Positions 14,006-25,300 of a stretch of 64,000 nucleotides of DNA are shown one piece after another. The stretch lies in assembly GCA_963704725.1 (NCBI GenBank), contig OY969934.1, positions 2,912,001-2,976,000 of the forward strand. The letters run 5' to 3'. The notes below the pieces were generated by a model. It was not told the origin of the DNA and made no database searches. It saw nothing but the letters and a program-made list of their open reading frames with translations. The DNA comes from an uncultured Actinomycetes bacterium (GTDB lineage: Bacteria; Actinomycetota; UBA4738; HRBIN12). How positions within the stretch are numbered: position 1 is the first letter of the stretch; each line of letters opens with the position of its first letter. Position numbers and translations under genes: made by a program.

Positions 14006-15001
14006 ATGAGTCCGAGGACCGCATTGATCACGGGGGTCACCGGCCAGGATGGTGCGTATCTGTCCGAGCTGCTGCGCGAGAAGGGCTATCGCGTTGCCGG
14101 GATGGTTAGGAGCCTCGCCGGGCCGAGAACCGAGGCCGTGCGGCGGCTTCTCCCCTTCGTCGACCTCATCGAGGGCGACCTCCGGGACCTGACCTCGCTC
14201 GTGAGGTCACTCGAGCGCACACAGCCCAACGAGGTGTACAACCTCGGCGCCCTTTCCTCCGTATCCCGCTCTTGGGCGCAACCGGAGCTCACCGCGGAGG
14301 TGACCGGCATCGGCGCACTCCGCATGCTCGGCGCGATCCGGCTGGTTGGCGCTGCCGGAAGCGTGCGGTTCTACCAGGCGTCTAGCTCGGAGATGTACGG
14401 GCGCGCGGTCACCTCGCCCCAGTCGGAAACGACGCCGTTCGCGCCCATACACCCATACGCCATCGCCAAAGTGCTCGCGCATCACACCACGGTCACCTTC
14501 CGCGAGGTGCACGGACTGTTCGCCGTCTGCGGGATCCTCTTCAACCATGAGTCGCCGCGGAGGGGAGAGCAGTTCGTGACGCGGAAGATCAGCCGCGGGG
14601 TAGCCCGTATCTCGCTCGGCCTCCAGGACCATATCCTCCTCGGGGACCTCGACGTTCGCCGGGATTGGGGCTACGCACCCGAATACGTCGAGGCGATGTG
14701 GATGATGCTGCAGCAGCCGGAACCGGACGACTACGTCATCGCAACCGGCGTGACCAACAGCGTCCGGGACTTCCTGGATGCCGCTTTCAAGGAGATCGGC
14801 GTCGATGACTGGCGACCGATGGTGCGGCAGGACCGCAGCCTCCTGCGACCAACGGACATCGTTGAGCTCTGTGGGGACGCCTCGAAGGCCAGGCAAACCA
14901 TGGGTTGGTTCCCTCGAACCGGATTCCACGAGCTCGTGCGCATCATGGTCGCCGCCGACATGGAGGTGGAGAGCGCCCTCCAACGCACCGATCCTCCGTG
15001 A
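14006..15001 (+). CDS. gmd: Second GDP-mannose 4,6-dehydratase
   Basis: ALITGVTGQDGAYL...[10 protein letters not shown]...PYAIAK...ILFNHESPRRG..FVTRKI...RDWG. Confidence 0.9.
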   Translation: MSPRTALITGVTGQDGAYLSELLREKGYRVAGMVRSLAGPRTEAVRRLLPFVDLIEGDLRDLTSLVRSLERTQPNEVYNLGALSSVSRSWAQPELTAEVTGIGALRMLGAIRLVGAAGSVRFYQASSSEMYGRAVTSPQSETTPFAPIHPYAIAKVLAHHTTVTFREVHGLFAVCGILFNHESPRRGEQFVTRKISRGVARISLGLQDHILLGDLDVRRDWGYAPEYVEAMWMMLQQPEPDDYVIATGVTNSVRDFLDAAFKEIGVDDWRPMVRQDRSLLRPTDIVELCGDASKARQTMGWFPRTGFHELVRIMVAADMEVESALQRTDPP

Positions 15002-15008
15002 TGGACGG

Positions 15009-16099
15009 TCAGACCGCGTTCGACGCGATCCGATAGGCGGCCGACGTGCTCTCCGCTGTCTTGGTCCATGTGAAGCGCCCTGCGTGCACGACACCCCGCT
15101 CCGAAACGCCGCGACGCAACTCGGTGTCGGACAGCAGTCGGTCGAGTTGGGACGCCAAGGTGCTGCTGTCTCCTGGAGGGAAGTAGAGCGCCGCATCCCC
15201 CCCTGCCTCCCGGTGGGAAGAGGAATCGGCGAGCAACGCCGGCGTACCGCAGGCCATCGCCTCGAGCGTGGGCAGGCCGAAACCCTCGTACCTTGAGGGG
15301 AACACGAAGGCACTCGCTCCCCCGAACACACCAGGCAGTTCCTCATCACTCGCATCCCGCTGGATGACCAGGCTGCGCACGCTCCACCGTGAAAGCAGAG
15401 CATCCTCGGCTTCCGAGAACGACCCGCCCCCGACGGCGAGGAACCGAGTGGCGGGCCACTTCGGGGCGATCTCGGCGAACGCCTCAACCGCGACGCGGAA
15501 GTCCTTGTATCCGCTTCGATTGCCCAGGAACAGCACGTAGTTGTCGGGACACCACGAGGGAAGGGGCGACCGGGGGGCGAACCGACGACTGACACCGAGG
15601 TGCGTCACCAGCGCTGGTGACTCGAGGGGACCGTACACGCGCAGGAGATCCTGGCGGGTGCTCTCGGAGATACACAGGACCATGCTCGCTCGCCTCACGT
15701 ACTCCCGCTTGTGCATGTGCGGATTGCCCCGGGGGAAGAGATCGGGGAACAGTTCGGGGATCATGTCGTACACGGTCACGACCATCGGGACGCTGGGACC
15801 CTGGCGGAGGTAGTCCGCCAAGTAGAAGGTGCGGTGTGTGAGGTCGGCTCGGGGCCGGGTGATATCCATCGTCCTGTTGGCCCACCGAAGTGCGCGCGCC
15901 TTCGAACCACCCGGGATCCGAAGCGACCTGCCGATGCCGGCTTCCAGCGCGTGGCGTCGAGCGTCCATCGCCACCCCAGCTGGACCTGAACGCCAAGGTC
16001 CGGATCCTCCGTGAGCTCCCTGATCAGCTCGACGAAGTAGCGTGAGACACCTCCGCGCCGCTGGGCAACGAAGATCTGATCGTCGTAGTGCACCCTCAC
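15009..16099 (-). pseudogene. GT4 glycosyltransferase split by a 1-nt frameshift near 15953 (pseudogene or sequence error)
   Basis: N-terminus VRVHYDDQIFVAQRRGGVSRYFVEL lies in ORF 15776..16204; the body with TVYDMIPE and FPSRYEGFGLPTLEAMACG lies in ORF 15009..15974; one extra base joins them as ...WTLDAHALEAG. Confidence 0.8.
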
Positions 16100-16456
16100 C
16101 GAGAGCGAACCCCCGGCGCCGGACGCCTCGAGGCCGTTGGACGCTTCGGGCTCTTGCGGAGATGGTCGGACGTTCGGCGTTTCCCGAGAGGAGGGAACCG
16201 GCATGCGGTCGCGCTCACCACCGTCGACACCCTTCTCGGCGCCTCGAATCTCGTCGCCGATGCGGTTCGCAGCGCTCCGCCTTCTCCTTCACACGGACGA
16301 TCGCGGCACCCGCCCAGCTCGGCCAGCAAGCGTACCGCGCGCGCCCGCCGCCTGCGACACCCGCGCAGATCTCCTTGCTATGGTTCCCGCCGGAGCAGCC
16401 TGACGTCATCACTCTCCACTGCTCGGAGGCTGGCGGGCATCCGGATGGGTTCGTCC

Positions 16457-17874
16457 ATGATGGGCCTGATGAGGAGGGTGGTGGAGCGCCTGCGCCCTCG
16501 AGAGCTCGCAACCCTTCCTCCGAAGCCCGTTCCCGCGAGCGCTACAAGCGGATCGGCCTGACCGCGATAGCGTCGATGAGCGCGCGGGGCGTGGGTATCG
16601 CAACTACGTTGATCACCCTTCCATTGACCGTTCGGTATCTCGGTGCCGAGCAGTACGGACTCTGGGTCACGATCACGTCCGTCACTGCCCTGTTGGGGTT
16701 CGCGAATCTCGGATTGAGCAACGGCCTCGTCAACGGAGTGTCCGAGGCACATGGGAGGAACGATCGAGAGGCCCTCCGTGGATACGTGTCCAGCGCGTTC
16801 TATCTGCTGCTCGGCGTGATGGGGATCTTGGCCATCTCCTTCGCCGCGACCTACCGCTTCATCCCGTGGCCCCGCGTGTTCAACGTCGCTTCGTCGGATG
16901 CGGCTGCGGTTGCCGGTCCCGCCATGGCGGTCTTCCTCGCGCTCAGCCTGGTGAGTCTCCCCCTTGGTGTCGTCCAGAGCATCCAGGCCGGCTTCCAAGA
17001 GGGGTTCGTGAGCAGCGCCTGGCAAGGCGCGGGCAGTGTCATCTCGCTGATCGGGATCGTCGTCGCCATCTCCCTCAAGGCAGATCTCCCGTGGTTGGTC
17101 CTCGCCTTCGGCGTCGGGCCGGTGGTCGCGACGCTCCTGAACGGCGTCGTCCTCGTCCGCCGACGACCCTGGCTCGTCCCCCGCCTGAAGGAGGCGACCC
17201 TCCCCGCTATCAAGCGGCTGATGAGGCTTGGGCTGATGTTCTTCATCCTTGCGATCGCCGCAGCCGTCGCCTACGAGACGGACAACATAGTGATCGCGCA
17301 GCTGCTTGGCCCGGAGCAGGTCGCTCAGTACGCCATCCCGATGAAGCTCTTCATGATGACGCCCCTCCTCCTGAGCTTCGCTCTCGCCCCGCTCTGGCCA
17401 GCGTATGGGGAGGCGCTCGCCCGTGGAGATCATGCCTGGGTGAGACGCGCCTTGACCCGATCCCTGGCCATCTCCGCAACGCTTGGATTGACCGTGTCCG
17501 CGGCGCTGCTGGTCGTAGCGGCCCCCGTGATACGTGTCTGGGCCGGCAGCGCGATCGAGCCCACCACCCCGCTGCTCCTCGCACTCGCTGCCTGGGCGGC
17601 GGTTAACTGCCTAGCCGGGCCCATCGCCATGTACCTGAACGGAGCCAACGCGCTCGGCATCCAGGCGGCGTGCGCCAGTGTCATGATGGTGGCCAATCTC
17701 GCGCTTTCGATCGCCCTAACGCGTGCCGTCGGGGTCTCAGGTCCCGCATGGGGTTCGGTCATCTCGCAGGTCCTGTTCGTGCTGCTTCCATGCGCGTTCT
17801 ATGCCCGTTCGACCCTCAGGCGCCTGTCGGATCAAGGATCGCCCACCCGCACTGAAGCACCATCTGCCCGATAG
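16457..17874 (+). CDS. Wzx-type oligosaccharide flippase; N-terminus possibly frameshifted near 16510
   Basis: Many hydrophobic segments; LPLTVRYLGAEQYGLW, NLGL, TDNIVIAQLLGPEQVAQY. First in-frame ATG is 16576; an out-of-frame ATG at 16457 gives a plausible N-terminus. Confidence 0.85.
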
Positions 17875-17929
17875 GGCCTCGCGGGCAGAGGGCCCCTACG
17901 CGACCGCCCCGGGGCTCGGGGAGCGACGT

Positions 17930-18139
17930 CGCGCCTTCCCTCAGTACGCGTCGCGCGACCCCCTTCGAGCACACCGAACCACGCGTTGCGTTCCAGATCT
18001 CGAAGGTGCCATCGGTAGAAACGCCATCGATCACGAGGAGCTCCAGATCGCGGTGGGATTGGGCGGCGATGCTGCTGATGCACCGCTGAAGCGTGCTGGC
18101 ACCGTTGCGAACGTCCATGACGACTGAAACCCGCGCCAT
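17930..18139 (-). pseudogene. Internally deleted, frameshifted paralogue of the GT2 at 21547..22284
   Basis: MARVSVVMDVRNGASTLQRCISSIAAQSHRDLELLVIDGVSTDGT matches the GT2 N-terminus; after LERNA it jumps to sequence resembling the GT2 3' end (cgcgtactgag, RRVLR). Confidence 0.75.
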
Positions 18140-18158
18140 CCAGGGCAGGATAGCGTGG

Positions 18159-19229
18159 TCATCTCCGGCGGTGCAGCTCCGAGCGGATCACGGTTCTCAG
18201 CATCGTGGGACGGACCGGGGAGTACGGCGAGATCAAGGAGAGCCATGCCAATCGCAAGCGCTCGATGGCCGACCCAGGCGCCAGCGGCGCGCGATCGTCC
18301 GCCTCGATGGCCTCGACGACCTCTGCGGCGAACCGCTCCCAGGTGAACTGCGATGCGAGCAACTCGTCATTCATCCCCCGCATCTCATCCAACGAAGCTT
18401 CAGGTGCCTCGAGCTGTTCACGCAGGAGCGCCGCTGCCCGCTCGGCATCGTCGAGTGGGAGCGCAACGATGCCCGGATACCCTTCGTAGCCGCTCTGCGG
18501 GGTGCAAGCGGGCACCAACCCCCACGCCATCGATTCCAGGACGGTCGCAGGACCCGCGTCGTGACGGCCCACGGTGATGGACAGGTCGTGGTCGGCGACG
18601 AGAGCCCTGGCCTCGGGTCGACGGAAGTCCTGAGGACCGAAGGCACGGAAGCCTTCGACGCTGCCTCGGGGCCCACCGATCCATGACGCTTCAACACCGG
18701 GGAGACGAGCGGCGATCTCGGAGAGGTAGGAGGTATTCTTCTGCCACCCCGCATGTCCGATGTACAGGAGCTTCCGTCGGCCTGAGGGCGCGAACCGACG
18801 CTTCACCCGCGGGAAGTCGACGGGGTCCACTGCCAGATCGAGATGGGTCATCCTCGGGAGCCACCGCCTGAACGGCGACGCACCGATCCTGTCGAACCAG
18901 TAGCTGCCGGATATCGCGAGATATCGATCACATCGGGGAAGGACCGGATCGGCGAAGGCGACCTGCTGGGGGTCCAAGTTGAAGGGACTCAGCATCACGA
19001 CCCGCCGCCAGCCAGGGCTCGCCGCGCTGCGGCGGAACACGGTGAACGGCATCGGATGAGGATGGCCGAGGAGCACAGCGTCCGGGTGAGGCCTGATCGG
19101 ACGCAACTCGTCCCAGTCGTGCAGTTCCACCTCGTAGCGGGTGGCAAGTCGCTCGGCGAGTTTGCGTCCGATCGCATCGGGGCACGAGATCCGGTCGCCG
19201 TGCGGGTAGATCAGATGAACGAGCGTCAT
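18159..19229 (-). CDS. Glycosyltransferase, GT-B fold (GT4-like)
   Basis: LLYIGHAGWQKN...HDAGPATVLESMAWGL...FTWERF; located in the polysaccharide cluster. Confidence 0.75.
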   Translation of the reverse strand: MTLVHLIYPHGDRISCPDAIGRKLAERLATRYEVELHDWDELRPIRPHPDAVLLGHPHPMPFTVFRRSAASPGWRRVVMLSPFNLDPQQVAFADPVLPRCDRYLAISGSYWFDRIGASPFRRWLPRMTHLDLAVDPVDFPRVKRRFAPSGRRKLLYIGHAGWQKNTSYLSEIAARLPGVEASWIGGPRGSVEGFRAFGPQDFRRPEARALVADHDLSITVGRHDAGPATVLESMAWGLVPACTPQSGYEGYPGIVALPLDDAERAAALLREQLEAPEASLDEMRGMNDELLASQFTWERFAAEVVEAIEADDRAPLAPGSAIERLRLAWLSLISPYSPVRPTMLRTVIRSELHRRR

Positions 19230-19960
19230 GCCATCTCGGCCAGCTTGCGTCCGGCGTAGATGAGCGTCGCACCATGAGCGTCGGGATTGCGCCCCTCCTC
19301 GCGTGGCAGGACACGGTCGAGAACCGGCGCGAACGTCGCGAGGTGCGGGCGGACGTCGGCCTCGGTGAGCGCGATGGGGTGGCCGACGTCTTCGTCGTGG
19401 AAGCGATCGTCCTCGTCGATGAGATCCTGACCGAAGATGAGGAAGCCGTTCGGGCGAACGAGTCGCGCCGCGTTCGCGAGTGCGAGATCAGCGTCATAGA
19501 CGTGGTCCAGGACGTTGATCATGACGACCACTTCCAGGCTCCAATCCGGGAGATCCAGCTCCTCGGCGGGATGGTCATCGATCTCGGCTCGGCCATCGCG
19601 AAATGCGTCCGCCAGCCAGGACTGTCGGAATCGCACGTACTGCCGGACGAGCGGGTCGCTGCAGAGGACACGGCGCGCGGTTCGCTCCTGCAGGATCAGG
19701 CGAGTGTTCGTGTACGGCCCGCACCCGACCTCCAGGTAGTCGCCGACCTCGGAGGGAAGGAATCGGTAGGAGTCGAACTTCTCCGCCCACCAGTGGTTCC
19801 AGTCATCGTGTTCGGGGAGTCCCCTCGTTCGCGCGAGGACGGGACGGGCGAGGGGCCACACCAGACGCTTCCAGCCCTTCTTCCGGTCGGCGTCGCGCCA
19901 CACGCTCAGTTCCCACCTCTGCGCCTGCATCCATCGATCCCTGCTCACGCGACGAGACAT
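19226..19960 (-). CDS. Class I SAM-dependent methyltransferase
   Basis: LEVGCGP motif I, VVMINVLDHV, LVRPNG; GGAGGTGAG RBS before ATG 19960. Confidence 0.85.
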   Translation of the reverse strand: MSRRVSRDRWMQAQRWELSVWRDADRKKGWKRLVWPLARPVLARTRGLPEHDDWNHWWAEKFDSYRFLPSEVGDYLEVGCGPYTNTRLILQERTARRVLCSDPLVRQYVRFRQSWLADAFRDGRAEIDDHPAEELDLPDWSLEVVVMINVLDHVYDADLALANAARLVRPNGFLIFGQDLIDEDDRFHDEDVGHPIALTEADVRPHLATFAPVLDRVLPREEGRNPDAHGATLIYAGRKLAEMA

Positions 19961-20126
19961 CTCACCTCCGTCGACAAAACGATCCTTTGGCTGGCGCCGG
20001 GAGCCGTGATGCGATTCGAGCACGCTGTTGACACCCTCGAGTCGACCTGGACGACTACAACTGGTCGACCCAGCGCCGGAATGGGGGTGGCCGACGAACT
20101 GGTCGATCTCCGGACACCCTGTCGCC

Positions 20127-20951
20127 CTACTCTTTCGTCGCGACAAACGAATACAGCCTCCCGGCCCCACGTCGATTCATCATCGAGCGTATCGTCCGCT
20201 CGACCAAGGGGATTGTCCCGAGTCGCCGGCCTAACGCGCCCAGCCGCTGCTCGAGCACGACGCGCGGGCGCACTCTGACCTCCTCGTCGGACCGTGCCGC
20301 CGGGAATGCGTTGATCACAGTGTCCCAGGGTCCCAGGACCCGCTCCAGGCGAAGCCCGGACGCGCGGAATGCCGCGATGTAGTCCTCCAAGCGGTAGGCG
20401 TGTTCCCCACCTGCAAGCTGGTGGACCGGATGGTTGGACAAGAACTCGGCCAGCTGATGGTCGTCGTCGACGACATGCTCGCGCACGGCGATCACGCGTC
20501 CGAGCGGCCTCACGACGCGGCGACATTCGCCGATTAGGGCCGACACGCTCGACGCGTGATGCAGGACTTGACGGAGGGACACGACGTCGAACACGTCATC
20601 GCGGAAGGGTAAGCGCTCGCCCACGCCGCCGACGGCCGCGACGGGAGTCTCCGAGCCCAGGTGCGCGACGGCACCGAGCCCAACGACCTCGCCCAGATCC
20701 GGATCGAGCGCCACGACGGCCGCGGCCCCGGAGGTCGCGAACGCGTGCGCGCCGATCGCTCGCCCTGCCCCGATATCGAGCACGCGTCCTCGTACCAGCT
20801 CTCCGCCGATCCGCAAGATCGCCTCGAACTCGGCGGAGCGCCGGTACCGCTCGGCGGCGACCACAACATCTTCCTCGAGATACGCGTCCATGACCAAGTC
20901 CGCCGCGCCGGGATCAAGGCGCAGGTGTCCGACCGCCTCGTTGACGTCCAT
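20127..20951 (-). CDS. Class I SAM-dependent methyltransferase
   Basis: VLDIGAGRAI, ERLPFRDDVFDVV..RQVLHH, RVVRPLG. Confidence 0.88.
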   Translation of the reverse strand: MDVNEAVGHLRLDPGAADLVMDAYLEEDVVVAAERYRRSAEFEAILRIGGELVRGRVLDIGAGRAIGAHAFATSGAAAVVALDPDLGEVVGLGAVAHLGSETPVAAVGGVGERLPFRDDVFDVVSLRQVLHHASSVSALIGECRRVVRPLGRVIAVREHVVDDDHQLAEFLSNHPVHQLAGGEHAYRLEDYIAAFRASGLRLERVLGPWDTVINAFPAARSDEEVRVRPRVVLEQRLGALGRRLGTIPLVERTIRSMMNRRGAGRLYSFVATKE

Positions 20952-20984
20952 CCACGTGCCCCCCCTTACTCCTCCCTGCCAAGG

Positions 20985-21506
20985 CTACGCGAGGAGGAGG
21001 CTGTCGATGAGCGGGGCGATGACCGCCCCGATTAAGCCTGCGAACACATCGCCGCCTGGGCGCCAATGCAGCAGGCCTGCGGGATTGCGGCATCCTTCGC
21101 GACAGCCGGCATCGGACACCAACTTCATCGCCCCCAAAAGGGCGTGGTCTACCCCCTCGCGACGACCGCGGCGCCAGAACGAAATCGAGCCCTGATCAGC
21201 GTGCACGACGACGCCGGCCATGGCCAATCCGAAGAAAGCCCAGGCGGAAGGATCCAGCCTCCCGCATCCGGAGAACATGTACTGAGCAAAGACGCCGGCG
21301 GATCCACCGAGGAAGCCGAGTAACTCCGGCTTGCCATCCACCTCCGCAAGATACGCCCGACGAAGGCCCGTAGGAGAGCCGCGGAGAACACGAGCACAAA
21401 CAAGCAATCCCAGGAACGGAACCCGAGGAGATCTGGCGCACGAGGACGTCTGGCAGTGGCACAGGCAGGAGAAGAGAGACTCGTGCGGAAGTAGCGACTG
21501 AGCCAA
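20985..21506 (-). pseudogene. Possible remnant of a membrane polysaccharide gene (Wzy/ligase-like C-terminus)
   Basis: Hydrophobic stretches (LLGFLGGSAGVFAQYMFS, AWAFFGLAMAGVV) interspersed with implausible sequence; position in the cluster where a polymerase would be expected. Confidence 0.25.
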
Positions 21507-21546
21507 GTGGTACGTCGATGGCCCCCATTGACCCTCGGTGTCCGGA

Positions 21547-22284
21547 TCACGTCCGTCTCAGTACGCGGCGCACGCTCCCTCTCGCGAGAACCATCGAGAG
21601 GTTCCAGGTCGCTCGCAGGACGCCGACCGCCGGGCTTCTTGCCTGGGCCTTCCACGCCTCCCAGTGGAACGGAAGGAGGGCCCGCTGGCTCACGCCCCCC
21701 TCCCCCATCAGGACGACCACGGCGTCCACGAAGGCCACTCGCGCATCGGGCCCGAGTCGGAGGAGGAACTGGTAGTCGCCCGCGATGCGGAAGGAGTCGT
21801 CGAATCGACCCAGGCGCTCGAACAGCGTGCGGTGATGCAGCGCGCCCGGGTGGGCGACGACCTGATGTCGACGCATCCCGTCCCAATCCCACGGCTGCCC
21901 CACGACCGAGCGGACTCGTCCGTTCTGATCGACGACGGCCACCTTGGCCGTGACGAGCTCGACTCCGCTCGCCGCCGCCAGCAGGAGCGCCACGGCGTCC
22001 TGTGAGGCGAAGGCGTCGTCCGCACCCAGGAAGCACACCCACTCTCCGGTGACGTGCTCGAGTGCTTTGTTCCACGCGTCGTAGATGCCTCGGTCGGGTT
22101 CCGAGACCTGGTAGGCGATCGATGCCGCGTTGCGCTCCAACACCTCCGGCGTGCCGTCGGTGGAGGCGCCGTCGATGACGACGAGCTCAACGTCTCCGTG
22201 GGACTGGGCGGTGACGCTGCGGATGCACCGCTGGAGCGTTTCCACGCCGTTGCGAACGGCCACCACCACCGAGACGCGCGCCAT
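21547..22284 (-). CDS. GT2 glycosyltransferase (WcaE-like)
   Basis: VSVVVAVRN, VIDGASTDGT, SEPDRGIYDAWNKA, FLGADD, FRIAGDY; TATCCT 7 nt before ATG suggests a leaderless transcript. Confidence 0.92.
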   Translation of the reverse strand: MARVSVVVAVRNGVETLQRCIRSVTAQSHGDVELVVIDGASTDGTPEVLERNAASIAYQVSEPDRGIYDAWNKALEHVTGEWVCFLGADDAFASQDAVALLLAAASGVELVTAKVAVVDQNGRVRSVVGQPWDWDGMRRHQVVAHPGALHHRTLFERLGRFDDSFRIAGDYQFLLRLGPDARVAFVDAVVVLMGEGGVSQRALLPFHWEAWKAQARSPAVGVLRATWNLSMVLARGSVRRVLRRT

Positions 22285-22310
22285 CGGCCGGAGGATAGCG
22301 GCGCGGGACC

Positions 22311-22341
22311 ACCGGGGGCGGCGAGCTCCGCCGCCCCCGGT
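22311..22341. terminator. 13-bp hairpin downstream of the metalloprotease gene
   Basis: accgggggcggcg-agctc-cgccgcccccggt; no U-tract. Confidence 0.6.
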
Positions 22342-22369
22342 CGGCTCCGATCCGCGCTCCGCTCTCCCC

Positions 22370-25300
22370 TTACCCCACCGTGAGCATCATCAGGTCGCCG
22401 CTCAGGTTGAAGTTCGAGCCTCCGGAGCAGCTCACCCGGATCCGGACGTCGCCGGTCCCGGAGGTGTTGCTCACGAAGTCCGCGAGCGTGCCCGAGGGGC
22501 TGAGGCCCGAGATCAGGACCTCGGTGGTCCCGATCGAGCGGGTATCGAGCAGGACCCACGTGGAGTCCGTCCACCGGAAGATCGAGATCGTCTGGGTGCA
22601 GGTGGCCGAGGACTTGCCCTTGTAGGTGGCGGCGAGCGATCCGATCCCGTTGTCCACCCCGGTGAACGTGCCGTACCAGGTGGCCGTGTGACCGGTGCCG
22701 GACTTGGGGGTCCTGACGACCAGGAAGCTGTCGTCGTCGGCGTTCAGGCTGGCGGCCGATCCCCCGCCGAGCGAGCCGGACTCGATCGTGAACGAGGACG
22801 GGAACAGGTCGGTGGTGCCGCCGGAGCCGGCGAACGACGCCGTGACCGAGGCCGCCGCGTTCATCGTGACCTGGCAGGCGCCCGTCCCCGAGCACGCCCC
22901 CGACCAGCCCGAGAAGGTCGAGCCTCCGTCCGGCGTCGCGGTGAGGTCCACCACGGTCCCGGTGGTGTAGGCCTCCGAGCAGTCCCCGGGGCAGTTGATC
23001 CCGGCCGGGCTCGAGGTGACGGTCCCGGACCCGGTCCCGGCCACGGCGACCGTGAGGGTCTGGGTCCCGCCGCCCCCGGAGCCCACCGTGAGCATCATCA
23101 GGTCGCCGCTCAGGTTGAAGGTCGAGCCTCCGCTGCAGCTCACCCGGATCCGGACGTCGCCGGTCCCGGAGGTGTTGCTCACGAAGTCCGCGAGCGTGCC
23201 CGAGGGACTGAGGCCCGAGATCAGGACCTCGGTGGTCCCGATCGAGCGGGTGTCGAGCGGGACCCACGTGGAGTCCGTCCACCGGAAGATCGAGATCGTC
23301 TGGGTGCAGGTGGCCGAGGACTTGCCCTTGTAGGTGGCGGCGAGCGATCCGATCCCGTTGTCCACCCCGGTGAACGTGCCGTACCAGGTGGCCGTGTGAC
23401 CGGTGCCGGACTTGGGGGTCCTGACGACCAGGAAGCTGTCGTCGTCGGCGTTCAGGCTGGCGGCCGATCCCCCGCCGAGCGAGCCGGACTCGATCGTGAA
23501 CGAGGACGGGAACAGGTCGGTGGTGCCCCCGGAGCCGACCGTGACCGAGACGGTCGCGGCGTTGGACGTGGCGCCGTCGTCGTCGTTCACGGTGTACGTG
23601 AACGAGTCAGCGCCGGAGAAGCCGGAGTTCGGCGTGTAGGTGATGGCCCCGGTCGTGGGGTTCACGGACGTGCCGCCGCTCGCGGGCGGGCCGGCCACCG
23701 TGACCGACGACGGGACGAGCGTACCGTCGGAGTCCGTGTCGTTGCTCAGGACGTCGATCGCGACGGCGGTGTCCACCGGTGTCGTCGCCGAGTCGGCGTT
23801 GGCCATCGGCGGGACGTTGCCCCCGCCCGACGTGATCGTGAAGTCGGCGTCCGAGACGTCGAAGAAGACGTTGCCGACGGCCTCGACCTTCACGCGCGCC
23901 TGCGTCGTGGCGGTTGCCGGGAGGGTGATCGACTGCGAGCCGTCGTTCGGCGTGTTCGCCGCCAGCGTCGTCGGGAACGTCGTCCCGCCGTCCGTCGAGA
24001 GCAGGATGTTCACGTTCGCCGTGTTGATCGGCGCGGCGTTGGACCCCGCCACGTCCCACGTCACGGTCTGGCTCGACCCCCCGGGAAGGGTCACCGCCGT
24101 GTTCGGCGAGGTGACCAGGAAGGGCCCGGTGGCCGCGGCCGTCACCGTGACGTTCGCGCCGCTCACGCCCCCGGCGGCAGGGTTGTTGTCGCGCACGGTG
24201 ACGCGGAAGTTCATGGCGCGCCCGACCGTGGGAAGGAACTCGACCCAGCAGTTGAGCCCGCCGGGGAGCGCCGGGCACGTCCCGGTGTTGGCGTCGGTCT
24301 GGTTGGCCAGGACGCTGGCCATGGTGGGGAACGTCCGCGAAGGGTTCGTGGTCGGCGCGAACGATCGGAACAGCGCCCCGCTCGGCTTGCTCGCCGCGTC
24401 GAGCGTGCGGAGCGCGCCGGCGTCCATCCCCTCCCAGTCGTAGGTGATGGTGTCGCCGTCGGAATCGGACCCGGTGGCGGACAGCGTGAACGGGGTCCGC
24501 ATGGGGATCGTGAACGGCCCGCCGTTCACCGTCACGGTGGGCGGCGTGTTGCCGCTCGGCGCCGCCCCGAGGTTGCCGGGCGAGCCGGGCGTGGTGGTGT
24601 ACGCGGCGATCTCGTCGAAGCTGACCGCGGCGAAGTAGTCATCGCTGTGGAGCTGGAGGTCGTCCGTGCCGCAGATGCCGGCGTACGCCATGATCGTCGA
24701 GCCGCTGCCGGGCTCGGTCGCCGTCGAGGCGTTGCCGTTGCCCGCGCAGCTGCCCCGCGTCCCGTTGAACGAGTGGTTCCCGCCGAACTCGTGTCCCATC
24801 TCGTGGGCCACGTAGTCGATGTAGAAGGGATCGCCCGTCGGGCTGGGAAGGCCGGTCTCGCTCCGCGCCTTCTGCCCAGTCCGGCCGACGACGGCCAGGC
24901 CGGACAGCCCGCCCCCGCCCGTGGTGAAGACGTGGCCGACGTCGTAGTTGGCGTTGCCGATGACGGCGTCGATGTTGGCCTGGTTCTGGCTGAGGAGCTG
25001 GGACGGATTCGAGTTGTTGTAGGGATCGGTCGACGGGTTCAGGTAGATCAGGCTGTCGTTGTTGGCCACGAGCTCGAGTCGGACCGCGAACTCTCGCTCA
25101 TACACGCCCGTGACGCGATTCACCGCGGTGATCAGCGCGTTGTGCACGAGCGGGACCGTCCCACCCTGGAACGTCGAGTACTCGCCGTCCGCCGCCAGCG
25201 CCAGGCGATAGGTGCGCAGCTGGTCGCCCACGGTCAGCCCACCGCCCGGGGACCCCTTCGCCGCGGCCTCGGCGCGCGCGTCACGCCGCAGCTCGCGCTC

